Assembly (NCBI RefSeq): GCF_001194135.2
Contig: NC_068991.1
Coordinates: 13,894,810-13,930,433 of the forward strand
Direction of reading: 5' to 3'
Length of the DNA: 35,624 nucleotides
DNA from: Octopus bimaculoides
Lineage: Eukaryota
The notes below the pieces were generated by a model that did not search any database, was not told where the DNA came from, and was given only the letters and a program-made list of their open reading frames with translations. Below, one piece after another: positions 1-11,619 of this stretch. Position 1 is the stretch's first letter; the number at the start of each line of letters is the position of its first letter. A program made the translations under genes and the position numbers.

Positions 1-46
<46 letters not shown>
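1..46. repeat. (AT)n microsatellite
   Basis: Perfect AT dinucleotide run at the window start. Confidence 0.97.
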
Positions 47-54
<8 letters not shown>

Positions 55-525
55 AATTAATATATTATATTTAATATGTATATAAATATTTATATATACA
101 CACACAGTATATATAGATATATATGCGTGTATGTATGTATATTAATATAACAAACGGTGCGTGCGCTCACACACACACACATGCACACGCACACACACTC
201 TGAAATACAAACATACAGAATCTTATGCACAATGATTTATTTGTGTGAGAGTTATGTCAGGCTGTATGTATGTATATATGACTTAAACATATGTGTTGTA
301 TATGCATATATATACTTATATAGTGCAGATATCAGATGAACGTAAATGTATATGTGTGCCTGTGTGTATGCGTCGTGTGTGTGCTTATATTTGTGTATTC
401 ATTATACACATAAACGCTCACTTCTTCCGAAGTTACAAGATAAAAGCCGATATCCAGCAGTTCTCCAAGGATCGATTTTTCAAGTGAAGTTAATAGCATA
501 TGTTATTGTGTTTGTTTATATCTTA

Positions 526-562
526 TATATGCATACATACAAACATATATACATACATATAT

Positions 563-636
<74 letters not shown>

Positions 637-830
637 GTATATATATATATATGTATGTGTGTATGTATATATATATATATATATATATCGACATACATAC
701 ATGTATGGATATATGTGTGTAAATGTGCGTATTTATGTATGTATGTGTATATATGTGTATTTATGTATACATAAATTGTTTGTGTGTGCGTGTTTCTGTG
801 CGTATATGTGTGTGTATGGACGTATGTGTA
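526..830. repeat. Compound (AT)n/(TG)n/(TATG)n microsatellite
   Basis: Long pure (AT)n core at ~566-635 with imperfect TG/TATG flanks; it explains the YIYI/CVCV ORFs here. Confidence 0.95.
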
Positions 831-1557
831 CATGTAGGGATGAAGTTATGTTTTAGTTAATGCGTAGCCTCGTGTTGTCAATCTTCAATGATTCCCAAGA
901 GAGTAAAAACCCATTCTATAATCTTGAATGAAAGCATTTTTGTTTTTATCCAATTTTATTTTCATAGTAAATCAAACAGCTTAAACTAAGTATTGACTAT
1001 TTAGTTAAATATCTCTAAATGAACATGAAAAAATCATAAGCTATATCACAACCTCTCATTATATGTATACATTTTGATGGTGGTTATACTTGCATATGCA
1101 CAACACTGCGTGTGTGTAAGCAGAGCTTCCATTTCTGTAATAGCATGCCTCTGAGGGAGGGTCCTTATGTTTTTAAATATATATACTTACTCAAAAGACT
1201 TCTCTCCTTACGGACCATAGATAATTGAGGACTATTCTTTCATTGCTCTCGACCCGACTCTGGATGGTCCTTTTTGCATGCCCTACAAGGTCTTGGTTTG
1301 GAATAGTCATCGATGCTTTTTTCGGCCAGTGCCTTGCCGTTTTTCAAACCTTTTTTTTACAACTGAAACTAGATAGTCCATATCAATCTGGCCGCTGTCC
1401 TTTAACTTGTTCATAATAAGAGGGCCTCCAAGAAGCTTGCGCTCCGCTGCCATTGCTCTGAGGTTTATTAAGGAACACAAACTACTACGTCACAGCAAGT
1501 GCTAGAAATTGTGATAAGTTAGCTATATACAGACATACGTAGTTGTGTGTGTTCTTG

Positions 1558-1805
1558 TGTTTTATTTAGCTCTGCTTAAGCGAAAGCAGGGTATTGTAGT
1601 CGCCCATCTTAGTCTGTTTGTCTTTGTGTTTGCAAAATTACCGGAAAACGGCTGCACAGATTTTCACCAAATTTGGCAGACATACTCAATGGGTGAGTCG
1701 CTCGACCTCATTAAATTTTGCCGGACAACTGACTCAAAATGTGTTTTTTTTTAATTTTATATACATATGCAGACACGATAAGCAGGGAAAATAACTCTTG
1801 ATCTC
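1558..1805 (+). mobile_element. Probable helentron-associated non-autonomous element (HINE/DINE-1-like), internally deleted
   Basis: 5' TTTATTTAGCTCTGCTT-AAGCG-AAAGCAGGG stem-loop (CTGCTT 1572-1577 pairs with AAGCAG 1584-1589), then a short GTCT/GTTT simple repeat, then core AAAACGGCTGCACAGATTTTCACCAAATTTGGCAG, and a 3' AAGCAGGGAAAA (~1780-1791) inverted relative to the 5' subterminal motif. This layout matches the established HINE architecture. Confidence 0.6.
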
Positions 1806-2665
1806 ATTTTGTTGAATTCGTCTGAGGTTATTAAATTCAATTTTGTCTTATCTTCGTATGTGCGCAACGTATGCATCTCCCCTGCGATGCCACTTTTTGT
1901 CATTGTTGCTGTTGTTTGTCCACAAATTATGCCTTATCAGAAAGAGTATTGATTGCAGTTGCCTTAGTTTTCTCACTCCTGTTCCTATTTAAACCAATTT
2001 TATTAATCATAACTTGATCTTGTGTCACTTCTTTAAAATGGCTATAGTATATGATATGAAGAAAATTTGACTGCTATATATTTTTATGAAGTCACCGCAA
2101 TCAATGTAATTGTAACTGGACTTCCTTGTGTTTGTTTTCATATAGGATCAATTGTGTACTGGCAGGAAAGGATGTAGGAGGCGCAAGAGAAGAGATCTAA
2201 TTACCAGAAAACAGTGAAAGACTTGCATATGCACAACACTTCGTTTGAGTGGAGAACGAGTCATTTGCCAATGAATTTTCTACTCTGAGTAAGGAGGCCT
2301 TTATATCCCTGGACATCGGCTTTGCATGAATGAACAGAAAAAAGAGCCATCAAGAATAATGTAGGGGTTGTTTAGGAAGCATCATGATAACTCTGGCTGA
2401 AAAGATGGGAAGATCATTGCTTAGTCAATTGAATACTGTTAGGACACTGAGCTAGGCTTAATCAACCTAGAATGGGTCTACTGGTTGATGGGATTTGTTG
2501 TAAGATACGAAACAGCTAAAAACTTCAGGATGCAAAACTGATAATGTGTTCAAATATTGCATCACTAGTGGTATGTTGAATTAATAACTATTTTGATCGA
2601 CAAGCATCCGCCATTACAATACTGGTCATTCACAATGCCAAGCAGAAAAGATTTAAAGAAAAAAG

Positions 2666-2760
2666 ATACACACACACACACTTTACACACACATACAAAC
2701 ACACACACAGAGTTATACAGATTGAGACACACACACATACACACAAAAGCACACGCGCAG
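2666..2760. repeat. Imperfect (CA)n microsatellite
   Basis: Interrupted ACAC runs. Confidence 0.85.
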
Positions 2761-3208
2761 ACGCACCGACAACTCAAACGCAGTGTTCTGTTCGTTATCC
2801 TTTACGATATTTTTCCTTTGAAATCATAGAAAATCTTGTTGATTTTCTGTGATATTTCGCTTAGATTTGCTTAAATTCTTCTGAGAATTCAAGTCAAACA
2901 CTAGTAAATCAACAGAACTTCTTTGGATCAAACGAATTTCATTGATTATTGCGTACGTTAATGAGTTAATGCAAGGTTACACACATGTATACATACATAC
3001 ATACATACATATGTGAGTTCGCGTGTGCGTACGTGTGCGTCTGTAGAACTGCCAAATGTTCATAACTAAAGCTTCAAGATCCTGATGTCCCAAGATCGAT
3101 CCTGCTGCATATGGCTTTATGGTATTGCGCAAATGTCAATTATAATGCCCTTGTTTAAAATTCTGGGACGAGAACAGCTACACACTCATACGACGTTCTG
3201 GTTGAGTC

Positions 3209-3210
<2 letters not shown>

Positions 3211-3265
<55 letters not shown>
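3211..3265. repeat. (AC)n microsatellite running into a gap
   Basis: Perfect AC run ending at N. Confidence 0.97.
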
Positions 3266-3688
3266 NNNNNNNNNNNNNNNNNNNNNNNNNNNNNNNNNNN
3301 NNNNNNNNNNNNNNNNNNNNNNNNNNNNNNNNNNNNNNNNNNNNNNNNNNNNNNNNNNNNNNNNNNNNNNNNNNNNNNNNNNNNNNNNNNNNNNNNNNNN
3401 NNNNNNNNNNNNNNNNNNNNNNNNNNNNNNNNNNNNNNNNNNNNNNNNNNNNNNNNNNNNNNNNNNNNNNNNNNNNNNNNNNNNNNNNNNNNNNNNNNNN
3501 NNNNNNNNNNNNNNNNNNNNNNNNNNNNNNNNNNNNNNNNNNNNNNNNNNNNNNNNNNNNNNNNNNNNNNNNNNNNNNNNNNNNNNNNNNNNNNNNNNNN
3601 NNNNNNNNNNNNNNNNNNNNNNNNNNNNNNNNNNNNNNNNNNNNNNNNNNNNNNNNNNNNNNNNNNNNNNNNNNNNNNNNNNNNNNNN
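3266..3688. other. Assembly gap (N)
   Basis: Run of N. Confidence 1.
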
Positions 3689-5229
3689 TATATATATATA
3701 TATATATATATATATGTTCACTTTATACACTAAATTTCACATTTGTCATCCCTACTAAACCGATTAGAACAGTTAGATTTTGCTATAACTCACATTTTCT
3801 ACTCAACTCAACCAGAGTATTTTCGTGACTAGATGGATATTAGTTTGATAGAGTCCATAACTGGGGTGTGAAACTCTCCTGGGGAAGAAAAAAATTCGCA
3901 ATCTGGGACTTGTGACGACAAAACGGATAATTCTGTTTTATGACTGAAGATATTACATAAACAAAGCTCACTTGAATTCCTACGTTCATTAATACATTAA
4001 CATGTATATTGAAATTGTTTGCGAGATCCATGGTGCATCGAGCAAACATGATAAAAAGAACAATAACTGAAATATCTAAGTCTAAATAGGTTTAACGGTG
4101 ATCTAATTCAAATTCAGGTATCACCATCATAAATATACCCTTAAAATACTAGGCACAAAATTGGATACAAATTTGTTTTAAAATATTTGATAATTTTGAA
4201 ATTCAGAAAATTTAACCTTGATATACCATGGGTAAATTCTTTAGTTTCATAAAACCTCAGAGATTTTGTATGCCTGAGGAAAAAACGCATCTTGTTCACC
4301 GATGAGAACATCCAAAATTACAGTTTACCAGGAAAGATACTCGTCCATTGTTGATAAATGTAAAACCGAACGGGTCTCATAACGATGTATAGTTAGAGTA
4401 TATATATATATTGCGTGTAGGTGTTTCTGCACCTTGGCTTTATGCTATTGTCCACATTTAATGCTATTTCATAGACATTGAAGAAACATTAGACAAGATG
4501 ACATATCACGTGCTAACGGATGAAAAATAGGCTGTAAAAGCTATTATACTGTGTAGGCGATTCGAGATTACTTTTTTCATACTCTGCGTTCTTTATCAGT
4601 GTATGGTGGTTTTTGATTTGACAGGCTTCAGTTAACCAAATTACACTGCACATTATTTGGATGTTTGTTTTCTGGTTTATATGCAACACAAAAGTTTGAC
4701 ATTTTTTTTCTTTCCCTTGTTCCTTTAGCTCATTTTTTATTATTTATTTGTTTACTTTATTGAAACTGTTGTATATCTGTTGCATGTTTTGTGGGTGTAT
4801 TGTTGTGTTTGAAGTTGTCACTGTCTTTTATCAGGTTTGACTATTTTTGATGTATAATTCGGTTGTATTTCTTTGAACCGTTCCAGCAGATCTTAAAGGA
4901 CGAAAAAAAAAGAGCAAGGTGTTAGTTTAAGAAACACCGAGCAGTGTTATGTGTATGTATGTGCACAAGTATATATCTGTAAAGGTGTGATACTCTATAT
5001 GTATATGTACCTGTGTGACAAAAGCAATAGGGTTAAGAACCGAATGTACGTGAGCATATAACTCTAATAATTCTCTTTCGCTGAATTTTTTTTTCTGATT
5101 TCTTGATTCTTTTTCCTTTCACCCTCTTTCAGTGAACGAAATAATCAACTTAATTACAAGAATTATCCGTTTCCACCCATTTTAACTAACACAGCGTTAA
5201 GAAGGGTTCCTGAAAATTTCATACTTTTT

Positions 5230-5500
5230 CACCTGTTTCTTTCTTTCTTTCGTTCTTTCTTTGTTCTCTTTATCATGATCATGATCATGATCATGAAAAT
5301 GATGATCATGATGATCATCATCCTCATCGTCATCATCATCATCATCATCATCATCACCATTATCCTCCTCCTTCTCCTCCTCATCTTCCTCCTCTTCATC
5401 ATCATCATCATCATCATCTTGTCGTTCCTGTCTTTGTTCTTGTTCTTGTTCATCTTTTCTTCATATTATTACTATTGTTGTTGTTGTTGCAGATATTGCT
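5230..5500. repeat. Compound trinucleotide microsatellite (ATC/CTC/TTG/TTA) with a TTTC flank
   Basis: Successive ATC, CCT, TTG and ATT runs; source of the poly-M/I ORFs. Confidence 0.92.
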
Positions 5501-5517
5501 GTGGTTATTACACTTGT

Positions 5518-5717
5518 TAAGGCGCTGAGCTGACATAAACTTTAGCATGCCGGTGAGCTGGCAGAAACGCTAGCACGCCGGGCGAAATGCTTAGTGGTAT
5601 TTCGTCTGCCTTTACGTTCTGAGTTCAAATTCCGCCGTGGTCGATTTTGCTTTTCATCCTTTCGGGGTCGAAAAATTAAGTACCAGCTGCGTACTGCGAT
5701 CGATCTAATCGACTGGC
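5518..5717 (+). mobile_element. tRNA-derived SINE, family B, with a duplicated head
   Basis: A-box-like TGGCAGAAACGCTAG, B-box-like GAGTTCAAATTCC, core TTTCATCCTTTCGGGGTCGAAAAATTAAGTACCAG. Homologous to minus-strand copies at 9369-9528 and 31944-32160. Confidence 0.85.
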
Positions 5718-5718
5718 C

Positions 5719-6186
5719 TAACATAATAATCAAGGAGGTTGAAGTCTGGAGAGTTAGGTGGCCGGATGTAAGGGGTGATGTGGTCGCAGAAATTGTCAGA
5801 CTGCCATGACTGGCTTCTCCTGCTTGTGTGGCATGATGCAGAGTCCTGTGGCCAGAAATAAGGTTTTCCAACAGCCACTCTCTTCACCCAGGGCAGCCCT
5901 ACCTACTACAGACACTTGATGTAGGCCTCCGTGGTACGTCTGACGGAGTGTTGGAAGATGAATGAAGCCATAACGTCACAATCACTAGTGATAATTTCAA
6001 ACACCACTATGTTGACTGGATATTTCATTTTTATCACTCTCGGTAAATGTCCTCAGATTGCACTGTCCTCAAATTGACAGCCAAACACTCTGAAACGTTC
6101 GTATTGCAGCTTCCGGCGTTTAATGTCAAGCAGCCCAACATGTCGTTTCTAATTTTCTGCCAGACTGAATTGCGTCATTGTGCTGT
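5719..6186 (-). mobile_element. Degenerate, internally deleted Tc1/mariner-superfamily transposase remnant (DD37D/maT-like by inference)
   Basis: Minus strand: ATG at 6178, HTH-like ..GSCNTNVSECLAVNLRTVQ, then an abrupt jump to KMKYPVNIVVFEIITSDCDVMASFIFQH..TEAYIKCL..WVKRVAVGKPYFWPQDSASCHTSRRSQSWQSDNFCDHITPYIRPPNSPDFNLLDYYV. QDSAxCH and PPNSPDxNxLDY are Tc1/mariner catalytic motifs. Frameshifts and stops are present. Confidence 0.85.
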
Positions 6187-6258
6187 TTTGCTCGACTAAA
6201 GGCGGTGCTCCAAAATGGCCGCAGTCAAATGACTGAAACAAATAAAAGAATAAAAGAA
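6187..6258 (+). mobile_element. SINE family C, 5'-truncated 3' end
   Basis: TTTGCTCGACTAAAGGCGGTGCTCCAAAATGGCCGCAGTCAAATGACTGAAACAAATAAAAGAATAAAAGAAT matches the reverse complement of 22934-22990. Confidence 0.9.
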
Positions 6259-6266
6259 TTATATAT

Positions 6267-7147
6267 NNNNNNNNNNNNNNNNNNNNNNNNNNNNNNNNNN
6301 NNNNNNNNNNNNNNNNNNNNNNNNNNNNNNNNNNNNNNNNNNNNNNNNNNNNNNNNNNNNNNNNNNNNNNNNNNNNNNNNNNNNNNNNNNNNNNNNNNNN
6401 NNNNNNNNNNNNNNNNNNNNNNNNNNNNNNNNNNNNNNNNNNNNNNNNNNNNNNNNNNNNNNNNNNNNNNNNNNNNNNNNNNNNNNNNNNNNNNNNNNNN
6501 NNNNNNNNNNNNNNNNNNNNNNNNNNNNNNNNNNNNNNNNNNNNNNNNNNNNNNNNNNNNNNNNNNNNNNNNNNNNNNNNNNNNNNNNNNNNNNNNNNNN
6601 NNNNNNNNNNNNNNNNNNNNNNNNNNNNNNNNNNNNNNNNNNNNNNNNNNNNNNNNNNNNNNNNNNNNNNNNNNNNNNNNNNNNNNNNNNNNNNNNNNNN
6701 NNNNNNNNNNNNNNNNNNNNNNNNNNNNNNNNNNNNNNNNNNNNNNNNNNNNNNNNNNNNNNNNNNNNNNNNNNNNNNNNNNNNNNNNNNNNNNNNNNNN
6801 NNNNNNNNNNNNNNNNNNNNNNNNNNNNNNNNNNNNNNNNNNNNNNNNNNNNNNNNNNNNNNNNNNNNNNNNNNNNNNNNNNNNNNNNNNNNNNNNNNNN
6901 NNNNNNNNNNNNNNNNNNNNNNNNNNNNNNNNNNNNNNNNNNNNNNNNNNNNNNNNNNNNNNNNNNNNNNNNNNNNNNNNNNNNNNNNNNNNNNNNNNNN
7001 NNNNNNNNNNNNNNNNNNNNNNNNNNNNNNNNNNNNNNNNNNNNNNNNNNNNNNNNNNNNNNNNNNNNNNNNNNNNNNNNNNNNNNNNNNNNNNNNNNNN
7101 NNNNNNNNNNNNNNNNNNNNNNNNNNNNNNNNNNNNNNNNNNNNNNN
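6267..7147. other. Assembly gap (N)
   Basis: Run of N. Confidence 1.
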
Positions 7148-7655
7148 TATATTTATATATATATGTATGTATATGTGTATATTGCCTTAAGCGTAAAACT
7201 TAATCATTTCCACCCCAAAAAACTATATACATTTAAAAGTACATTCATGTATTTCTTTATTTATGTTTCTGAATAATGTATAGTTTCTAATGAAGATATC
7301 ATCATAACGTTTATTTAGGTATTCTGTAGTCGTATATCAAACCCCAAATAGAATATATTTCTCTTCCATAAAATTTCAAATCAACATCTGTAATTGTGCT
7401 CTACATCTTTCGATAACAAATGTTCGTATACGTAGATTAATGCAAGTCCGTTTTCATCGACTTGGTGAATACTCTACAGTTTTATTTTTATGCAGCGAAT
7501 TATTTATTCATCCAATTAGCAAGAACTCTTATTTGTACCGTTATATATGATATATTTTTTCGTTGGTAGATGTTTCGAATTGTTTTCACTTTAGTTAGTG
7601 TTCATCATTTTATATTATTTTATGTTATTGCAAATAAGTCTTTTCACTGATTTTG

Positions 7656-7720
<65 letters not shown>
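7656..7720. repeat. (TCTA)n microsatellite
   Basis: Perfect tetranucleotide run. Confidence 0.97.
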
Positions 7721-7927
7721 AAATATTTATATTTATATACATACATACATATATATATATAAATAAATATATATATGTATATATTTATATGTAACTCAAT
7801 GCTAATCCCTGTATATTTATGATGATAAATGGTTTTACCGATAAAGGTTTGTTCATACTGAACTACTTGGCAAAATTGTTAATTATTAATTCTATTATTA
7901 ATTGACGATTCCCTGCCCTTATTCTTG

Positions 7928-7958
7928 TATATAAATATATATATATATATAAAATATG

Positions 7959-8007
<49 letters not shown>
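7928..8007. repeat. (AT)n microsatellite
   Basis: AT run with short interruptions. Confidence 0.95.
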
Positions 8008-8011
<4 letters not shown>

Positions 8012-8700
8012 TCCCCAAAAAAGAAAGACAAAACACACAAAAAACAACTCGAGGATGTTGTAGAGTATTGATAGACTCTCAGAGAAGGAAAAAATGTAGT
8101 TTTACGTTTCGAGCAAAGCTCTTCTTCAGAAACAGGAGTCAGAGGGGAGACAAAGAGAAAAGAAATACGGTTGAAAAAAATCGCCAAGGATTCGCTTGTA
8201 GTTACGTTGTGAAAATAATATATACTTTGATAGGTTTCAGCCACTTTTCAATACTATCCTACTCTTCTCGCTTTCGGAATAATTTTGCATGTCTCGCAAA
8301 AATATGGAATCCATCAACCCAGTTGTTCCAGCTCCCCCAACCAATCTACCTCCACCGAAATATTTGGTATACATTCCCCCACCTACACCACCACACGTCA
8401 CTTTACTTTCTTTATGAATGAAATGGAATACAAATGCAGCTTTCTTCCTCAAAGTGTTGAAGAAATTTTAAAATGTTTGAAATCATTTTTAAAAATAGTA
8501 AACACGAAAACGCCGTTTAAGCCGTTAGCACAAAACTGCAATTTAATGTTAATTTGTAAAATGAAAGATTCATTATTTTCTCAAAAGATGTAACTTCACA
8601 GATTCTTATAGTCTTGTAATTGATTCCTGCTCCTGAATAAAACGTTCCGAAGCCATTGGCTCATTTCTTAGTCATCAATTATAATTCCATTCACATTCCT

Positions 8701-9130
8701 ATCAATTGGTTTGGATCATACCTCTGACAGCGTAAACAGTATGTTACAGCTGAAACATAAAAATCACCTTTATCCACTACAAAGCTAGAAGTCCCTCAGG
8801 GCTCCATACTAGGCCCATTACTGTTCCTTACCTATAAACGATATGTGCAATTCTACTAATTTATTAAATTTTCTATATTTTGCTAATGACTCTACTATTT
8901 TTATTAGTCACCAGGACTTTCCCTCCCTATTCAATACAGTTAATTCAGAACTGGACAAGGTTTATCAATGGCTTATCGCTAATTGGCTTACCATTAATAT
9001 AAAAAATAACCCCTGCTACATGCTTTTCTCTACAAAGCCCAAACAGCTTCTTCCTAATGTCCTCCTCACAGGTAAAGCAATTTCACATGTAACATCAATA
9101 AAATTTCTCGTTATTCATAGTGATGATGGA
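8701..9130 (+). mobile_element. Non-LTR retrotransposon reverse-transcriptase fragment (CR1/L2 group), pseudogenised
   Basis: INWFGSYL*QRKQYV...EVPQGSILGPLLFL, a frameshift near 8836, then NDMCNSTNLLNFLYFANDSTIF..NSELDKVYQWLIANWLTINIK..KFLVIHSD. Matches the established motifs WFxSYLxxRxQ, PQGSxLGPLLF, FADD (here FAND) and KFLG. Confidence 0.92.
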
Positions 9131-9368
9131 GGGGCCTTGTATGACATGGAAATGTAGTCTCTCTCTTTGGAAAATTCTGAAATGCTCAGCTAGTTTCCTC
9201 TTATGTTTTTCCAACTATCGCTGAGCTGGTATTATGGTATACTGGAATGTGAGCAGATCTCGTGGTGGGAAAGACTGGTTACTCTGCATTTTAACTTGCC
9301 TAGTAATGTTCACGTAGCAAGTAATATTTTTTCAGCTCAGAAACCTTGTAAATATCTTGTCAGCCGAA

Positions 9369-9528
9369 AAATAATCCTTTCTACTGGGCCTGGGATTATA
9401 CATCAACTGGTACCTTAGAAAAGGTGAAAGGCAAAATCGTCCTTCACAGAATTTAAAGTCAACACGTAATGACAGACAAAATGCCGCTAATCATTTTGTT
9501 CGGCGTGCTAAAAATTCTGCCAGGTCTC
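9369..9528 (-). mobile_element. SINE family B, degenerate with internal deletions
   Basis: Reverse complement gives TGGCAGAATTTTTAGCACGCCGAACAAAATGATTAGCGGCATTTTGTCTGTC..TTTGCCTTTCACC..GTACCAGTTG, matching 5553-5690. Confidence 0.8.
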
Positions 9529-9599
9529 CTCCCAGAAATAAATAGTGAGGAGCCTCAGTGAAATGCATCTTCTGATATGGACGTCACTGTTTCAGAAGT

Positions 9600-9910
9600 C
9601 CCAGTCATTCCGTAAAGAGTGAGAACTATCTACTGTAATAGGTCGGGTTTCAAGGGTCCGCGGTTATTTAATACCGTGCCAAAGTATCTGAGAGATGTAT
9701 ATGAAATAGATGCAGACCTCCTGCTGTCCAAGGTCCCAGACGAACCTAGATCCCAGCAAGAAATTCAAAAGAGGGTTACAATATTGAACTCCCTCCTTCA
9801 CCAAAAGCCAGTTACAAAAGAATGGTCATTGAAAAAGGTGATAACACAGGCGGTGCCCCAGTATAGACACAGATTCTGGGCTGAAATGTATAATAGAATG
9901 ATAGAATAAC
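9600..9910 (+). mobile_element. 3' end of a CR1-like LINE (ORF2 C-terminus, 3' UTR and short-repeat tail)
   Basis: VRTIYCNRSGFKGPRLFNTVPKYLRD..LLSKVPDEP..RVTILNSLLHQ resembles the GPxLFNxLP..FKxxLDxxLxxxPDEP C-terminus of CR1-type ORF2. It ends in GGCGGTGCCCCAGTATAGACACAG..CTGAAA plus an (ATAGAAT)-type tail. Confidence 0.7.
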
Positions 9911-10395
9911 CATTTATCCCCGCTAGAGACAAACAGACAAGAAATTCAGAATCTATTGCCAGGAAGCTCTGGAAATCCAACCCGTAGCCTCTTGAAACCC
10001 AGAGACTTTCAGCACACACTCAGAGACTCATACCACCCATAACACTTGTCCAATTAAATCTCCTTTTCCAAATTACACAACATATAATAACATCTTTCTC
10101 AGATTCAGCACAAATTCTTCGGTATAATCTCAGTTTGACATACGCAACAGAATGCCCTGGGGAAACGAAACCAGACCTTCAAATCTAAACACATTATTAT
10201 CATGCTGCCTAGAGGCACACAAGTCTTCACATCAATCTCTTCCCTCCTTTACCCATACGAAGCCATCGAAAAGGCATTTTATTTAAATTCAAATTCCAAC
10301 TTCAGCTGCTATATTTTTAAAAAATTCCACTTCTTCTCGGCTTGTACTTTTCCAGATTCAATTAATTGAGAATTTTATCATTCTTGCCTCATATT

Positions 10396-10397
<2 letters not shown>

Positions 10398-10435
<38 letters not shown>
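10398..10435. repeat. (AT)n microsatellite
   Basis: Perfect AT run. Confidence 0.95.
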
Positions 10436-10437
<2 letters not shown>

Positions 10438-10734
10438 TTTCGGCTCTGTGTATAATTTTTACTATCTGTCTCTCTCGGTCTCTTTCTCTCCCTCTCGACC
10501 TTCTTCTCTCTCCTTCCCTCGCCACTACCTCACCCTCTATTTCTTTATCTCTGTTTCTGATTGCATCTATTGTCCTAATAACCACTAAACAGTTCACTTT
10601 AGTCGTCTCATTTCTTCACAATATACAACTCAATTCCACCTTCTCAAACATATTTTTTTCATTCACAACAACAGTTTCCGTGTTTGACACATACGTATGT
10701 GCGTGTGTGGTGTGTGTGAGTGTGAGTGCGTGTC

Positions 10735-10920
<186 letters not shown>

Positions 10921-11619
10921 TGTTTTACTTTCAAGTTTTAGGAAGCTTTTTGGTTATAATTGTATTATTTTTTCAAAGTGTTCAGTTGTTATTTTTCCAT
11001 GTACATCGTTAACTTCTTTTTTCCTTCTTTCTCTTTTCCTTCGTCTCAGTCTCTTTTCACTTTCTTTTTGTCCTCTTTCTTTATTCCTATTTCGCCTTTC
11101 ATGTTCTTTTTCTATTTATTTCTCTCTCTCTCTCTCTCTCTTTCCTTTATCTTTTTTTTTCTTACCTCCTTACGTTCTTGGCATCTTTCTTCCTTTCTAT
11201 CTCAATACATTTCTCCATTTCTTTCTTTCTTTTTTCCCACTGTCCTCCTCTCTTTCTTTGTATTTCCGTTCATTCCTTCACACTTTCTTTCTTACACTTT
11301 TTTTTTTCTCTTATAACGCTGTTATTTATTTAAGAATTATCAATGACTTCATAAGAGAGCAGCTATCATTCACATATTAGGAAAATGACACACTCACATA
11401 CATACAAATGCTTGAGTATACAAACGCACACACATACATACATACACATAAGAATACACGCATACACATGCATGCATACACATACATGCATACACAGACG
11501 TCCATAAAGTGCTGCACATTCATACACACACATTTCGCTTCGATTTTGACAAATGAATATTCATGTAGTTCAATCAACAAAACTACTTCCTTACTTACTG
11601 AATGATAGTGTAATTGGAC

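Noticed and set aside
157-856. ORFs rich in YI/CV/HT, here and throughout, and X-containing long ORFs
   Set aside because: Translations of dinucleotide repeats or N-gaps, with no coding signal.
1041-1130. EGF-like peptide ICIHFDGGYTCICTTLRVC
   Set aside because: Only a partial cysteine pattern with wrong spacing after CxC, no good acceptor, and the second copy lacks it.
1191-1457. Minus-strand exon ending at a strong A|GTAAGT donor (1190)
   Set aside because: All three frames contain stops with either candidate acceptor (1363 or 1458); could only be non-coding.
2146-2288. Plus-strand exon-like segment (pyrimidine tract plus TAG, donor GTAAGG), DQLCTGRKGCRRRKRRDLITRKQ*
   Set aside because: Stops in all frames before the donor and no recognisable family; cannot be supported without transcripts.
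4475-4530. Possible terminal exon DIEETLDKMTYHVLTDEK*
   Set aside because: Too short to distinguish from chance, and no upstream partner exon.
8241-8593. Open frame of ~117 codons after TTTCAG
   Set aside because: No recognisable domain, low-complexity C/A-rich middle, overlapping alternative ORFs; not distinguishable from chance.
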